Shown piece after piece: positions 24,413-33,378 of a stretch of 33,378 nucleotides of DNA (the stretch's first letter is position 1; the number at the start of each line of letters is the position of its first letter). Below the pieces are notes generated by a model. That model did not search any database, was not told the DNA's origin, and saw only the letters and a list, made by a program, of their open reading frames with translations. The stretch spans positions 1 to 33,378 of IMG/VR virus record IMGVR_UViG_3300006738_000035. One strand, written 5' to 3'. The stretch is from a virus. Lineage: Duplodnaviria > Caudoviricetes. The translations under genes and the position numbers were made by a program.

Positions 24413-25483
24413 ATGAAGATAGCAATAATCGGCGACCAGCACATGGGTGCAAGAAACGACAACCTTTCGTTTGTAAAATATTTTAAAAAGTTTTATGAGG
24501 AAATATTTTTTCCTTATATGGACGAACATAATATCACTACCATAATAAATTTGGGCGATATGTTCGATAGAAGAAAGTATGTCAACTTTAATACTTTACA
24601 TTTTACAAAAGAAACATGGTTAGAACCTTTAAGAAAAAGAAACATTAGTGTTCATTGTCTTGTAGGAAACCATGATACTTATTTTAAAAATACAAACGAG
24701 ATAAATTCTTGTAATCTTTTATTTGATGAATATGAAAATATCCACATATATCCAGAACCAGAAGTAATTGAATTTGGTGGAGTGCCAGTATTGTTTATGC
24801 CTTGGATGAATGCTGAAAACTATCCAGAGTGTGTTCGTTATCTTCAACAAGCAAAAACTGATATATGTTTTGGACATTTAGAAATAAGTGGGTTTGAACA
24901 ACATAAGGGACATCTTGCAGAACAAGGTTATGATAAAAGTTTATTTAAAAGATTTGAATTAGTTTTTTCTGGACACTACCACCGTAAATCAGATGATGGA
25001 CAGATTTGTTATCTTGGAGCTCCATATGAAATGACATGGAGTGATTACGAATGTCCAAAGGGATTTCATGTCTTTGATTTAGATACGAGAGAACTAACAA
25101 GGATTGAAAATCCACATAAGATTCATAAAAAGATTTATTTTGATGACAAGAAGAATGATTATGATAAACATGATGTATCACAATATAAAGATTCTTATGT
25201 AAAAGTGATTGTTGTTAACAAAAAGGATTTTTATAAGTTTGATAAGTTTACGGATAGACTTATAGGTGACTCTGAAGCATATGAAGTAAAAATTATAGAA
25301 GATTTTTCTGAAATAAATGCCGAGAATATAAGTGATGAGATTATGGAGAACACAGAAGATACAATGACGTTGGTTGAAAAGTATATTGATGATATAGATA
25401 CAGATTTAGATAAAAAAAGATTAAAAGAGATAATGAAAAGTTTATATATTGAGGCAAGTGATTTAGATGTCAATAATATTTAA
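24413..25483 (+). CDS. g47: Recombination nuclease subunit gp47 (Mre11/SbcD-like)
   Basis: D.H.G, LGD.FDRRK, GNHD, GH.E and SGHYH metallophosphoesterase motifs. Confidence 0.93.
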   Translation: MKIAIIGDQHMGARNDNLSFVKYFKKFYEEIFFPYMDEHNITTIINLGDMFDRRKYVNFNTLHFTKETWLEPLRKRNISVHCLVGNHDTYFKNTNEINSCNLLFDEYENIHIYPEPEVIEFGGVPVLFMPWMNAENYPECVRYLQQAKTDICFGHLEISGFEQHKGHLAEQGYDKSLFKRFELVFSGHYHRKSDDGQICYLGAPYEMTWSDYECPKGFHVFDLDTRELTRIENPHKIHKKIYFDDKKNDYDKHDVSQYKDSYVKVIVVNKKDFYKFDKFTDRLIGDSEAYEVKIIEDFSEINAENISDEIMENTEDTMTLVEKYIDDIDTDLDKKRLKEIMKSLYIEASDLDVNNI

Positions 25484-27185
25484 CAAAGTCAAGTGGAAAA
25501 ACATACTTTCCACTGGCAATAACTTTATAGAAGTAGACTTAAACTCTAAATCAAAAACATTGATTGTGGGTGAGAATGGTTCTGGTAAATCTACTATTCT
25601 TGACGCAATTTGTTTTGGATTATTCAATAGACCTTTTCGTCAAGTTACCAAAGGACAACTTGTTAATTCTGTAAATGAAAGAGATGGCGAAGTTCAAGTA
25701 GATTTTTCTGTTGGACAACAAAAGTTTAAAATTATTCGTGGTATTAAACCAAACAAGTTTGAGATTTATTCTAATGGAACAATGATAAATCAGGATGCAG
25801 CTGCTAAAGATTATCAAAAATATCTTGAACAACAAATACTTAAATTGAATTATCGTTCTTTTACCCAAGTTGTTATCTTGGGCGCTTCTACATTTGTTCC
25901 TTTTATGAAACTATCATCTACACACCGTAGAGAAGTTGTAGAAGAAATCTTGGATATTAAAATCTTTTCGTTGATGAATCTTTTATTAAAAAACAAGTTA
26001 AAAGATATCACTAATGATATTACTTCTATAGACAACGAATATAAATTATACGAACAGAAAATAGAACTTCAACAAAAACATTTAAAGGATTTACAAGACA
26101 ACAAAGATAAAATTATTGATGATAATAATAAAAAGATTGAGAAAAATGTTAAATCTATTACAACAAGACAAGATAAAGTGGACAAACTAGAAATAAAGAA
26201 TGTAGATTTTATGAAACAGATTGAAGAACAACCTATTATCGCCAAGAAATTAAAAAAATTAAACAAACTTCATAATACAATAACTGAAAAAGAAACAAGG
26301 ATTAAGAAAGAAGTAGAATTTTTTGATAACAACGAAGAATGTCCTACATGCGAACAAGTTATTGATTCTGATTTTAAATCTAAAGCAGTAGAATTAAGAA
26401 CAAAGAAACTTAAAGAGTATATCCTCGGATTAAAAGATATTGAAAAGGATATTGATACGAATGAACAGGAACTTGATATCATAAAAAATATTTTGGAAAA
26501 AATTAAAAAGAATGATGTTGAGGTTGGTAAACTAAATTCTTCAATAGAAGAACTAGAAAATGTTAATAAAGAATATGAAGATGAGATTAAATCATACACT
26601 GATGAAGATGCTACAGAAAAACAATTAAAAGAACTAACACAACTACAAGAAGATTTATTTGCCTTTGGAAAAAGAAAAGCAGATTTAATTGAAGATAAAC
26701 ATTATAATACTGTTGTAAGAAATATGTTACAAGATACTGGTATCAAAACCAAGATTATTAAAAGATATCTTCCTGTAATGAATAAACTAATAAATGGGTA
26801 TCTATCTTCAATGGATTTCTTTATTAATTTTACTATAGATGAAAACTTCAATGAAGTTATTAAATCAAGATATCGTGATGAGTTTAAATATTACTCTTTC
26901 AGTGAAGGGGAGAAAATGAGAATTGACTTATCATTGCTGTTCACATGGAGAGCGATTGCTAAAATGAAGAATTCTACAAACACGAATCTTTTACTTCTTG
27001 ATGAGATATTTGATAGTTCATTAGATACAACTGGAACAGATGATTTTTTAAAGATATTAAACACATTTAAAGATGAGAATGTGTTTGTTATTTCCCATAA
27101 AGGTGATGTCCTGTTTGATAAGTTCGCACATATTGTTAAATTTGAGAAAATTCAAAACTTTAGTAAGTTGGTAGATGTAACATGA
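25467..27185 (+). CDS. g46: Recombination ATPase subunit gp46 (Rad50/SbcC-like)
   Basis: GENGSGKS, CPTC zinc hook, FSEGEK.RIDL, LDEIFD and ISH motifs. Confidence 0.95.
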   Translation: MSIIFNKVKWKNILSTGNNFIEVDLNSKSKTLIVGENGSGKSTILDAICFGLFNRPFRQVTKGQLVNSVNERDGEVQVDFSVGQQKFKIIRGIKPNKFEIYSNGTMINQDAAAKDYQKYLEQQILKLNYRSFTQVVILGASTFVPFMKLSSTHRREVVEEILDIKIFSLMNLLLKNKLKDITNDITSIDNEYKLYEQKIELQQKHLKDLQDNKDKIIDDNNKKIEKNVKSITTRQDKVDKLEIKNVDFMKQIEEQPIIAKKLKKLNKLHNTITEKETRIKKEVEFFDNNEECPTCEQVIDSDFKSKAVELRTKKLKEYILGLKDIEKDIDTNEQELDIIKNILEKIKKNDVEVGKLNSSIEELENVNKEYEDEIKSYTDEDATEKQLKELTQLQEDLFAFGKRKADLIEDKHYNTVVRNMLQDTGIKTKIIKRYLPVMNKLINGYLSSMDFFINFTIDENFNEVIKSRYRDEFKYYSFSEGEKMRIDLSLLFTWRAIAKMKNSTNTNLLLLDEIFDSSLDTTGTDDFLKILNTFKDENVFVISHKGDVLFDKFAHIVKFEKIQNFSKLVDVT

Positions 27186-27193
27186 GAAGGGTG

Positions 27194-27221
27194 TTGACAT
27201 TTTAAATAGATATGTTATTAT
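27194..27221 (+). promoter_or_regulatory. sigma70 promoter for tRNA-Gly
   Basis: TTGACA-16 nt-TATTAT with an extended TG, 6 nt before the tRNA 5' end. Confidence 0.65.
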
Positions 27222-27227
27222 TATTAA

Positions 27228-27304
27228 GCGGGTATAGTATAACTGGTAAGTACACTATTCGTCCAGAATAGAGGCATGGGTTCGAATCCCATTCACCCGC
27301 TCCA
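27228..27304 (+). tRNA. tRNA-Gly (UCC), atypical, CCA encoded
   Basis: GCGGGT/ACCCGC acceptor with U73-CCA (Gly identity), anticodon stem CTATT/AATAG with loop CG-TCC-AG, T arm ATGGG-TTCGAAT-CCCAT. Confidence 0.8.
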
Positions 27305-27346
27305 AAAATAATTCTTGCCAAATGAAAACTAATGATTACCTTGTAA

Positions 27347-27400
27347 TTAAGATGTTGCCGAAAGGGATATCTTAAACTCGCTTAAAAGGAGATAAAAATT
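27347..27400 (+). promoter_or_regulatory. ROSE-like RNA thermometer in the hsp20 5' UTR
   Basis: A GAAA-capped hairpin (27347-75), then CTC-G-CT pairing with the SD AGGAG with a bulged G (27377-91). Confidence 0.55.
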
Positions 27401-27847
27401 ATGACAAGATTAGTTCGATATACAACTAACGAGTTAGATGACCTGTTTAAATTGACACCGTTTTCAGTCGGTTTTGATAGTATGTTTGATAGGTTATTGA
27501 CAAACACTTACAATACATCTGCGACATATCCACCTTACGATATAGTAAAAGTGGATTCTGGTCATTATGAAATTAGAGTGGCACTTGCTGGATTTACCAA
27601 GAAAGGTATCCAAGTCAAATGTGAAGATGGCACTTTGAGTATTGAATCTGTTGAATCTGATTCTAAAGTTGTTGACAAAGAAGAACATTTGGTTCATGGA
27701 ATTTCCAGTAGGAAATTTAAAAGAGCATTTACTCTTTCAGATGATATGGTGGTAAATGATGCTACATTTAAAGACGGTCTATTGACAGTCAAACTTGAAA
27801 AAATCATACCAGATGAAAAGAAACCAAAAACGATAGACATTAAATAA
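27401..27847 (+). CDS. hsp20: Small heat-shock protein Hsp20 (IbpA-like)
   Basis: YPPYDI, IRVALAGF, HGISSRKF.R.FTL, A.FKDGLL.V.LE..IP.EKKP..I.I motifs. Confidence 0.95.
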   Translation: MTRLVRYTTNELDDLFKLTPFSVGFDSMFDRLLTNTYNTSATYPPYDIVKVDSGHYEIRVALAGFTKKGIQVKCEDGTLSIESVESDSKVVDKEEHLVHGISSRKFKRAFTLSDDMVVNDATFKDGLLTVKLEKIIPDEKKPKTIDIK

Positions 27848-27870
27848 TGGTGTTTATATTTTATTATGAG

Positions 27871-27899
27871 AGGGGATTGTTTTTACAATCCCTTTTTTT
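27871..27899 (+). terminator. Rho-independent terminator after hsp20
   Basis: GGGATTGT-tttt-ACAATCCC followed by T7. Confidence 0.85.
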
Positions 27900-27921
27900 A
27901 TAAAAAATTTTATATTGCCTA

Positions 27922-27949
27922 TTGACAAGATAGGAGAATAAGGTATAAT
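27922..27949 (+). promoter_or_regulatory. sigma70 promoter for the g45 operon
   Basis: TTGACA-16 nt-TATAAT. Confidence 0.8.
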
Positions 27950-27977
27950 ATTAGAATACAATTAAAGGAGTTACATT

Positions 27978-28649
27978 ATGAAACTAAGTGAACAAACCAG
28001 AGAAGTTCTTAAAAACTTTTCTACTATTAACCAAAACTTATTGGTTAAGCCTGGGAAAACACTTACCACTATGTCGGCAATGAAAAACATTGTTGCGAAG
28101 GCAGAAGTTGGTGATTCATTCCCAAAAGAATTTGCGATTTATGATTTAAATGAATTTTTAGCCGCATTATCTTTATTTCAAACACCTGATTTGGATTTCC
28201 AAGAACATTGTGTTGTTATCACAGAAGGGAAAACAAAGAATAAAACTTTAAAATACTTTTATTCTGACCCTAGTGTTATAACTTCACCATCAAAAGAAAT
28301 ACAAATGCCTGAACCAGAAGTATCATTTGAATTTAAACATGATACATTCAATAGAGTTATAAAGGCATCTGCAGTTCTTGGAGTACCTGACCTTGTATTG
28401 AATGGAAGTGGTGCTTTATCGGTTACAGATAAGAAAAATTCTTCAGCAAATAATTTTTCGGTTGATGTTGATACGGAAGGAATAGGCGATTATAAGTTTT
28501 ATTTCAAAGTTGAAAACTTAAAAATTATTTCTGGTGACTATGATGTAGAGATTTCTTCGAAGAATATCTCACATTTTATAAATAAAAGCAACGACAAGAC
28601 TGTTCAGTATTGGATTGCACTTGAACCAGATTCTTCCTATACTGTATAG
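27978..28649 (+). CDS. g45: Sliding clamp gp45
   Basis: MKLS..T..VLKNFSTINQ, FAIYDLNEFL, FKVENLK...GDY.V and YWIALE motifs. Confidence 0.95.
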   Translation: MKLSEQTREVLKNFSTINQNLLVKPGKTLTTMSAMKNIVAKAEVGDSFPKEFAIYDLNEFLAALSLFQTPDLDFQEHCVVITEGKTKNKTLKYFYSDPSVITSPSKEIQMPEPEVSFEFKHDTFNRVIKASAVLGVPDLVLNGSGALSVTDKKNSSANNFSVDVDTEGIGDYKFYFKVENLKIISGDYDVEISSKNISHFINKSNDKTVQYWIALEPDSSYTV

Positions 28650-28670
28650 TGTGTGGTGGAGTGACGAAAA

Positions 28671-28832
28671 TTGGAAAAATATTTTAGAAAAATATTTTCT
28701 GCAGATGGTTGGAAACATTTTTGGGGAAAGCCAGAAATAAAACCTTTAGATGAAATTGACTGGGACAAAATTTGTAAATACAGTATGATATATTGGGGAA
28801 CAGTTTTAATATGGTCAATTTGGTTATTATAG
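28671..28832 (+). CDS. Small Trp-rich membrane protein (53 aa; below the ORF-track cutoff)
   Basis: TTG start after GGTGGAG; MEKYFRKIFSADGWKHFWGKPEIKPLDEIDWDKICKYSMIYWGTVLIWSIWLL*, with a C-terminal TM helix. It fills the g45-g44 gap. Confidence 0.6.
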   Translation: MEKYFRKIFSADGWKHFWGKPEIKPLDEIDWDKICKYSMIYWGTVLIWSIWLL

Positions 28833-28856
28833 TATTATGAATAGGGTGAATATATT

Positions 28857-29795
28857 ATGGAAAATACATTTTTATTTGTTGAAAAGTATAGACCAACAAA
28901 GATTAGTGATTGTATATTAGCGAAAGAACTTAAAGAAACATTTTCTAAGTTTGTAGAACAAAAACATATACCGAATCTGTTATTAACAGGTGGCGCTGGT
29001 ATAGGGAAAACTACGGTTGCGAAAGCAATGGTAGATGAAATTGATGCGACTTGGTATATGATAAACGGTTCAGAGGAATCTGGAATTGATATCCTACGAA
29101 CTAAGATTAAAAACTTTGCATCTACATCTTCATTGGAAGGTGGTAGAAAATATGTTATCATTGACGAAGCAGATTATCTTAATCCACAATCTACACAACC
29201 AGCATTGCGTGGATTTATAGAAGAATTCCATAAGAACTGTGGATTTATTCTTACTTGTAATTTTAAAAATAGGATTATTGAACCATTACAATCGAGATGT
29301 AGTGTTATAGATTTTATTATTCCTGTATCAGAGAAACCAATTCTTGCAGAGAATTTTTTTAAAAGAGTTTCAAACATATTAGCAAAAGAACAAATACCCT
29401 TTGACGCAAAAGTTATTGCAGAACTTATTAATACATTTTTTCCAGATTGGAGAAGAATGTTAAATGAGATTCAAAGATATTCTGTATCTGGAAAGATAGA
29501 CGCAGGGATTTTAGTCAATCTTTCAGATGTAAACATGAAAGATTTGGTATCTCATATGAAAGAAAAAGATTTTAAGTCAGTTCGTAAATGGGTTGTAGAG
29601 AATATGGATAACGACCCTGCTAAACTTTTTAGAAAAATATATAACCATGCGAATGATTATATCGACCCAAGTAGTGTTCCCCATCTTGTGTTAATCCTTG
29701 CAGAGTATCAATACAAACAAGCATTTGCTGCTGATAGCGAGATTAATGTTCTTGCGTGTCTTACAGAAATTATGGGGCAATGTAAATTTAAATGA
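28857..29795 (+). CDS. g44: Clamp loader large subunit gp44
   Basis: VEKYRP, GGAGIGKTT, IIDEAD, L.SRC and FPDWRR motifs. Confidence 0.95.
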   Translation: MENTFLFVEKYRPTKISDCILAKELKETFSKFVEQKHIPNLLLTGGAGIGKTTVAKAMVDEIDATWYMINGSEESGIDILRTKIKNFASTSSLEGGRKYVIIDEADYLNPQSTQPALRGFIEEFHKNCGFILTCNFKNRIIEPLQSRCSVIDFIIPVSEKPILAENFFKRVSNILAKEQIPFDAKVIAELINTFFPDWRRMLNEIQRYSVSGKIDAGILVNLSDVNMKDLVSHMKEKDFKSVRKWVVENMDNDPAKLFRKIYNHANDYIDPSSVPHLVLILAEYQYKQAFAADSEINVLACLTEIMGQCKFK

Positions 29796-30181
29796 GTTAC
29801 GAATTAAAGTCATATCTTAATGCAATCAACTATACGAAAGAAAAGTTGATGGATACTGATGATGAGATGTGGGAAAAGAAATACCCGTCTTTTATTATTA
29901 ATAAGGCATTATCTGCATTTGAGGAGTGTATTTTACTGGTAAACGAGATTAACATTAAATCGCATATGGATAAGAAGTTGCAATTCGAATTTTTAATAAA
30001 TAGTTTAAGAAAAAGGAAAAGATTTTCTCCATGGTTGAGAAAATCAAAGATTAATGATTTGGACGTGTGTAAAGAATACTATGGTTACAATAATGAAAAA
30101 GCAAAGGAAGCTCTCCAAATACTTAGCAAACAGCAATTGCGAATCATCAAACAAAAATTAAACAGAGGTGGAACCAAATGA
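29792..30181 (+). CDS. g62: Clamp loader small subunit gp62
   Basis: YPSFIINK.LS, RKRKRFSPW and KEYYGYN.EKA..AL motifs. Confidence 0.92.
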   Translation: MSYELKSYLNAINYTKEKLMDTDDEMWEKKYPSFIINKALSAFEECILLVNEINIKSHMDKKLQFEFLINSLRKRKRFSPWLRKSKINDLDVCKEYYGYNNEKAKEALQILSKQQLRIIKQKLNRGGTK

Positions 30182-30603
30182 CGGAAACAAAATGGGACAT
30201 TGAACATATGTTAGAAGTGTCTTTAAAAGAACCAGATGATTTTTTAAAAGTTAGGGAAACATTATCAAGGATAGGTGTTGCATCAAGAAAAGAAAAAAAG
30301 TTATTTCAATCTTGTCATATATTACATAAACAAGGGAAATATTATATAGTGCATTTTAAGGAATTGTTTGCACTTGACGGAAAAGAAACGAATATCAATG
30401 AAAATGATATTGCTAGAAGAAATACTATAACACAACTTTTGGCAGATTGGGGACTTGTTTCTATTGTCGGCACTAACGAACCGAAAGCACCATTAAGTCA
30501 GATAAAAGTTATTTCTTTTAAAGAAAAAAGTGAATGGATACTGGAAACTAAATACAACATTGGAAAGAACATAGAAAAGAAACCAGAACCAAAAGATAGT
30601 TGA
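30178..30603 (+). CDS. regA: Translational repressor RegA
   Basis: PDDFLKVRETLSRIGVAS, QSCHILHKQG.YYIVHFKELF.LDG and RRNTI..LL.DWGL motifs. Confidence 0.96.
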   Translation: MTETKWDIEHMLEVSLKEPDDFLKVRETLSRIGVASRKEKKLFQSCHILHKQGKYYIVHFKELFALDGKETNINENDIARRNTITQLLADWGLVSIVGTNEPKAPLSQIKVISFKEKSEWILETKYNIGKNIEKKPEPKDS

Positions 30604-30618
30604 TTAAAGGAGTATATT

Positions 30619-30870
30619 ATGGCAAATGATTATGAATTAAATATTATGGCTGATGATAAAAAGGAATCACAACATCCTGCTATATTGAATGCACTAAAAT
30701 TAAAATATGAAAGTGAAATCGCTATAGCAAAAACCAATATTGATGTTTATCTTGTGAATTCAGTTGGTGTTGGCCAACATCCAACTATAGTTGAAGCAGT
30801 TGAGTTAGAACTTAAAAAAGTTGATAACGCACAGAGTATGCTTGATGTTATTCAAAAGCATTATTCATAG
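30619..30870 (+). CDS. Conserved hypothetical protein
   Basis: AAGGAG RBS; NI.VYL.N.VGVG.HP.I.E motif common in marine phage small proteins. Confidence 0.7.
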   Translation: MANDYELNIMADDKKESQHPAILNALKLKYESEIAIAKTNIDVYLVNSVGVGQHPTIVEAVELELKKVDNAQSMLDVIQKHYS

Positions 30871-30884
30871 AATAAAAATATTAT

Positions 30885-33378
30885 ATGATGTTTTATACCA
30901 ATGTATATCAATGGGGTGATAATTTACTTGTCCGTGCTATCGAAAACGACAAACGAGTTTCGAAACGAGTAAGATATGAACCTACTTTGTTTGTTCCTGT
31001 TCAGAAACAAACTTCGTTTACTACATTAGATGGTAAGTTTCTTACACCAATGAAATTTACTTCTATAAAAGAAGCGAAAGAGTTTGTTGAACTGTATAAA
31101 GACCAATCTCATTTGGTTTTTGGACACACCCAATACGCATACACTTATATCGCAGAAAAATATCCAGATGATATCAAATGGGATTATAATAAATTACTTT
31201 TGATTACGATTGATATAGAAGTTGAATGTGAAAATGGATTTCCAAACCCCAAACAAGCGATAGAACCATTACTTTCTATCACAGTAAAAAACCACCAGAC
31301 ACAAAAAATAGTTGTTTGGGGTATTTCAGATTTTACAACAGATAGGGATGATATAACTTGTATTAAATGTAAAGACGAAAGACATTTACTTGAAGAATTT
31401 ATGGTGTTCTGGGAACAGAATACTCCAGATATCGTAACTGGTTGGAATATTGATTTTTTTGATATTCCTTATCTTATGAATCGTATCAAACAATTGTTCG
31501 GTGAAGATAAATTAAAAGTATTTTCTCCATGGGGCAATGTAAGTGATAAAGAAGTTTATATGATGGGAAGGAAACACCAGATGTATGATATTCTGGGTGT
31601 TGCGATATTAGATTATTTGGAACTATACAAAAAGTTTACTTATACAAGTCAAGAAAACTATCGTTTGGAACATATCGCATTTGTTGAACTAGGTAAACAG
31701 AAACACGAAAACCCATATGAAACATTTAAGGAATGGTATACAAAAGATTATCAGTCGTTTATAGAATATAATATTGCAGATGTTGAACTTGTTGATAAAC
31801 TTGAAGATAGATTGAAATTGATTGAACTTCTTATTACCATGGCGTATGATTGTAAAGTGAATTATAGTGATATGTTGGGTTCAGTAAAATATTGGGATAT
31901 ATTGATTTATAACTATCTCCGTAAGAAAAATATTATTGTTCCACAAAAAAGAAAACACACGGCAAAGGCAGAGAGATACGAAGGTGCATATGTTAAAGAC
32001 CCACAAGTTGGTTTACATAATTGGGTTATGTCTTTTGATTTGAATTCGCTATATCCACATTTGATTATGGAATTTAATATATCCCCAGAAACTTTGATTA
32101 AACAAGTTAAGAATATTGATGTGGATAAGTTACTAAACCAGAAAGTAGATACATCTTTTCTTCCAGAGAATACTACGATTACACCGAATGGTGCGATATT
32201 CAGAACTGATAAAAAAGGATTTCTTCCAGAATTAATGGAAAAGATTTATAATGATAGAGTTATCTATAAAAGAAAAGCATTAAATGCTAGTCAACTTTAT
32301 GAAGATACAAAAGATAAAAAATATCTTAATGATATTTCTCGTTACCACACAAAACAATTAGCACAGAAAATTCCTTTGAATAGTGCTTATGGTGCTATTG
32401 GAAATGAGTGGTTTCGTTATTACGATATTCGAAACGCAGAAGCGATTACAACTTCTGGACAACTTGCAATCCGTTGGATTGAAAAGAAGATGAATGAACA
32501 TCTTAATAAGTTGTTTAATACAGATGGAGAAGATTATATTATTGCATCAGATACAGATAGTATCTATGTTACATTTGATAAACTTATATCCCGTGTATTT
32601 AAAGAAGATGCATCGCCTACAAAGATTATTAATTTTCTCGATAAGATTACTAAAGAAAAAATTGAACCATTTATTGATAAATCATATGAAGAACTTGCAA
32701 AATATTTAAATGCATACGAACAAAAAATGGTGATGAAACGAGAAGTTATTGCAGATAAGGGAATATGGACTGCAAAGAAAAGATATATTTTAAATGTATG
32801 GGATAGTGAAGGTGTTAGATATAAAGAACCACACTTAAAAATAATGGGAATTGAAGCAGTAAAATCTTCAACACCTGCTTCGTGTAGAAAAAAGATTAAA
32901 GAGGCACTTAAATTAATAATGACTGGTGATGAAAAAGAATTAAATAAATTTATACAAGAGTTTCGTAAAGAGTTTTTACAATTACCACCAGAAGATATTG
33001 CATATCCACGTTCAGTAAATGGTGTGGGCAAATTTATGGACTCAAATGCGTTGTATAAGAAAGGAACACCTATACACGTTAAAGGTGCGATATTATATAA
33101 TCATTTATTGAGGGAAAATAAATTGATTGATAAGTATCCTATAATCCAAGATGGGGATAAGATAAAGTTTTTTCCATTAAGACAACCGAATATATATCAA
33201 TCGAATGTGATGTCTTTCTTTACAAAGATGCCAAAAGAATTTGAGATTGATGATATTATAGATTATGATACACAATTTGATAAGGCATTTGTAGAACCAC
33301 TTAACTTTGTTATTGAAAGGATTGGGTGGAAAGTTGATAGAAGTTATGGAACACAATTATCTTTGGAGGATTTCTTTG
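30885..33378 (+). CDS. g43: Family B DNA polymerase gp43 (stop codon just outside the window; absent from the ORF track)
   Basis: Read manually: exonuclease DIEVE and TGWN..FFDIPY, motif A SFDLNSLYP, motif B K..LNSAYG, motif C DTDS, KKRY, and the terminal clamp-binding peptide SLEDFF in frame at 33360-33377. Confidence 0.96.
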   Translation, partial: MMFYTNVYQWGDNLLVRAIENDKRVSKRVRYEPTLFVPVQKQTSFTTLDGKFLTPMKFTSIKEAKEFVELYKDQSHLVFGHTQYAYTYIAEKYPDDIKWDYNKLLLITIDIEVECENGFPNPKQAIEPLLSITVKNHQTQKIVVWGISDFTTDRDDITCIKCKDERHLLEEFMVFWEQNTPDIVTGWNIDFFDIPYLMNRIKQLFGEDKLKVFSPWGNVSDKEVYMMGRKHQMYDILGVAILDYLELYKKFTYTSQENYRLEHIAFVELGKQKHENPYETFKEWYTKDYQSFIEYNIADVELVDKLEDRLKLIELLITMAYDCKVNYSDMLGSVKYWDILIYNYLRKKNIIVPQKRKHTAKAERYEGAYVKDPQVGLHNWVMSFDLNSLYPHLIMEFNISPETLIKQVKNIDVDKLLNQKVDTSFLPENTTITPNGAIFRTDKKGFLPELMEKIYNDRVIYKRKALNASQLYEDTKDKKYLNDISRYHTKQLAQKIPLNSAYGAIGNEWFRYYDIRNAEAITTSGQLAIRWIEKKMNEHLNKLFNTDGEDYIIASDTDSIYVTFDKLISRVFKEDASPTKIINFLDKITKEKIEPFIDKSYEELAKYLNAYEQKMVMKREVIADKGIWTAKKRYILNVWDSEGVRYKEPHLKIMGIEAVKSSTPASCRKKIKEALKLIMTGDEKELNKFIQEFRKEFLQLPPEDIAYPRSVNGVGKFMDSNALYKKGTPIHVKGAILYNHLLRENKLIDKYPIIQDGDKIKFFPLRQPNIYQSNVMSFFTKMPKEFEIDDIIDYDTQFDKAFVEPLNFVIERIGWKVDRSYGTQLSLEDFF

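Noticed and set aside
27255-27271. Reading the second tRNA as Trp (CCA) or Asp (GTC)
   Set aside because: The stem register CTATT/AATAG centres TCC, and the acceptor end and U73 match Gly.
32494-32709. Plus-strand 71-aa ORF (also 3908-4096 and 19716-19922)
   Set aside because: Alternative frames inside g43, g14 and g3, with no supporting signals.
30885-33378. Possible split, intron or intein in g43 suggested by its absence from the ORF track
   Set aside because: The start, motif B and the terminal SLEDFF are all in one frame over ~831 codons; the ORF simply lacks a stop within the window.
1-33378. CRISPR array, IS/integrase, or stop-codon reassignment
   Set aside because: No regularly spaced repeats or recombinase motifs were seen. 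TAA, TAG and TGA all end conserved genes at the expected lengths.

Overview
AT-rich segment (roughly 30% GC, estimated by eye) of a T4-like myovirus, with the gene order typical of marine T4-like phages. Almost all genes are on the + strand. The order is: a 5'-truncated DUF4815/VrlC-like virion protein, the neck/terminase/tail/head module (g13-g14-g15-g16-g17-g18-g19-g20-g21-g22-g23), an accessory island, g3, uvsY, two 2OG-Fe(II) oxygenases, uvsW, g55, g47/g46, tRNA-Gly, hsp20, g45/g44/g62, regA and a nearly complete DNA polymerase g43 that is missing from the ORF track. The most unusual part is the island between g23 and g3 (16.6-19.5 kb). It holds thioredoxin, a NUMOD3-only protein, a secreted PagP-like beta-barrel gene with a complete tRNA-Asp nested in frame between its signal peptide and mature domain, an isoaspartyl methyltransferase (pcm), a porin-like gene behind a near-consensus sigma54 promoter, and a candidate ~100-nt three-way-junction ncRNA with its own promoters. 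Other oddities are an MscS-like gene between the terminase subunits, apparently leaderless TATAAATA-N5-ATG late genes, late promoters inside RBS-occluding hairpins, an atypical tRNA-Gly and a ROSE-like thermometer before hsp20. All family calls come from motif recognition and synteny. No searches were run.
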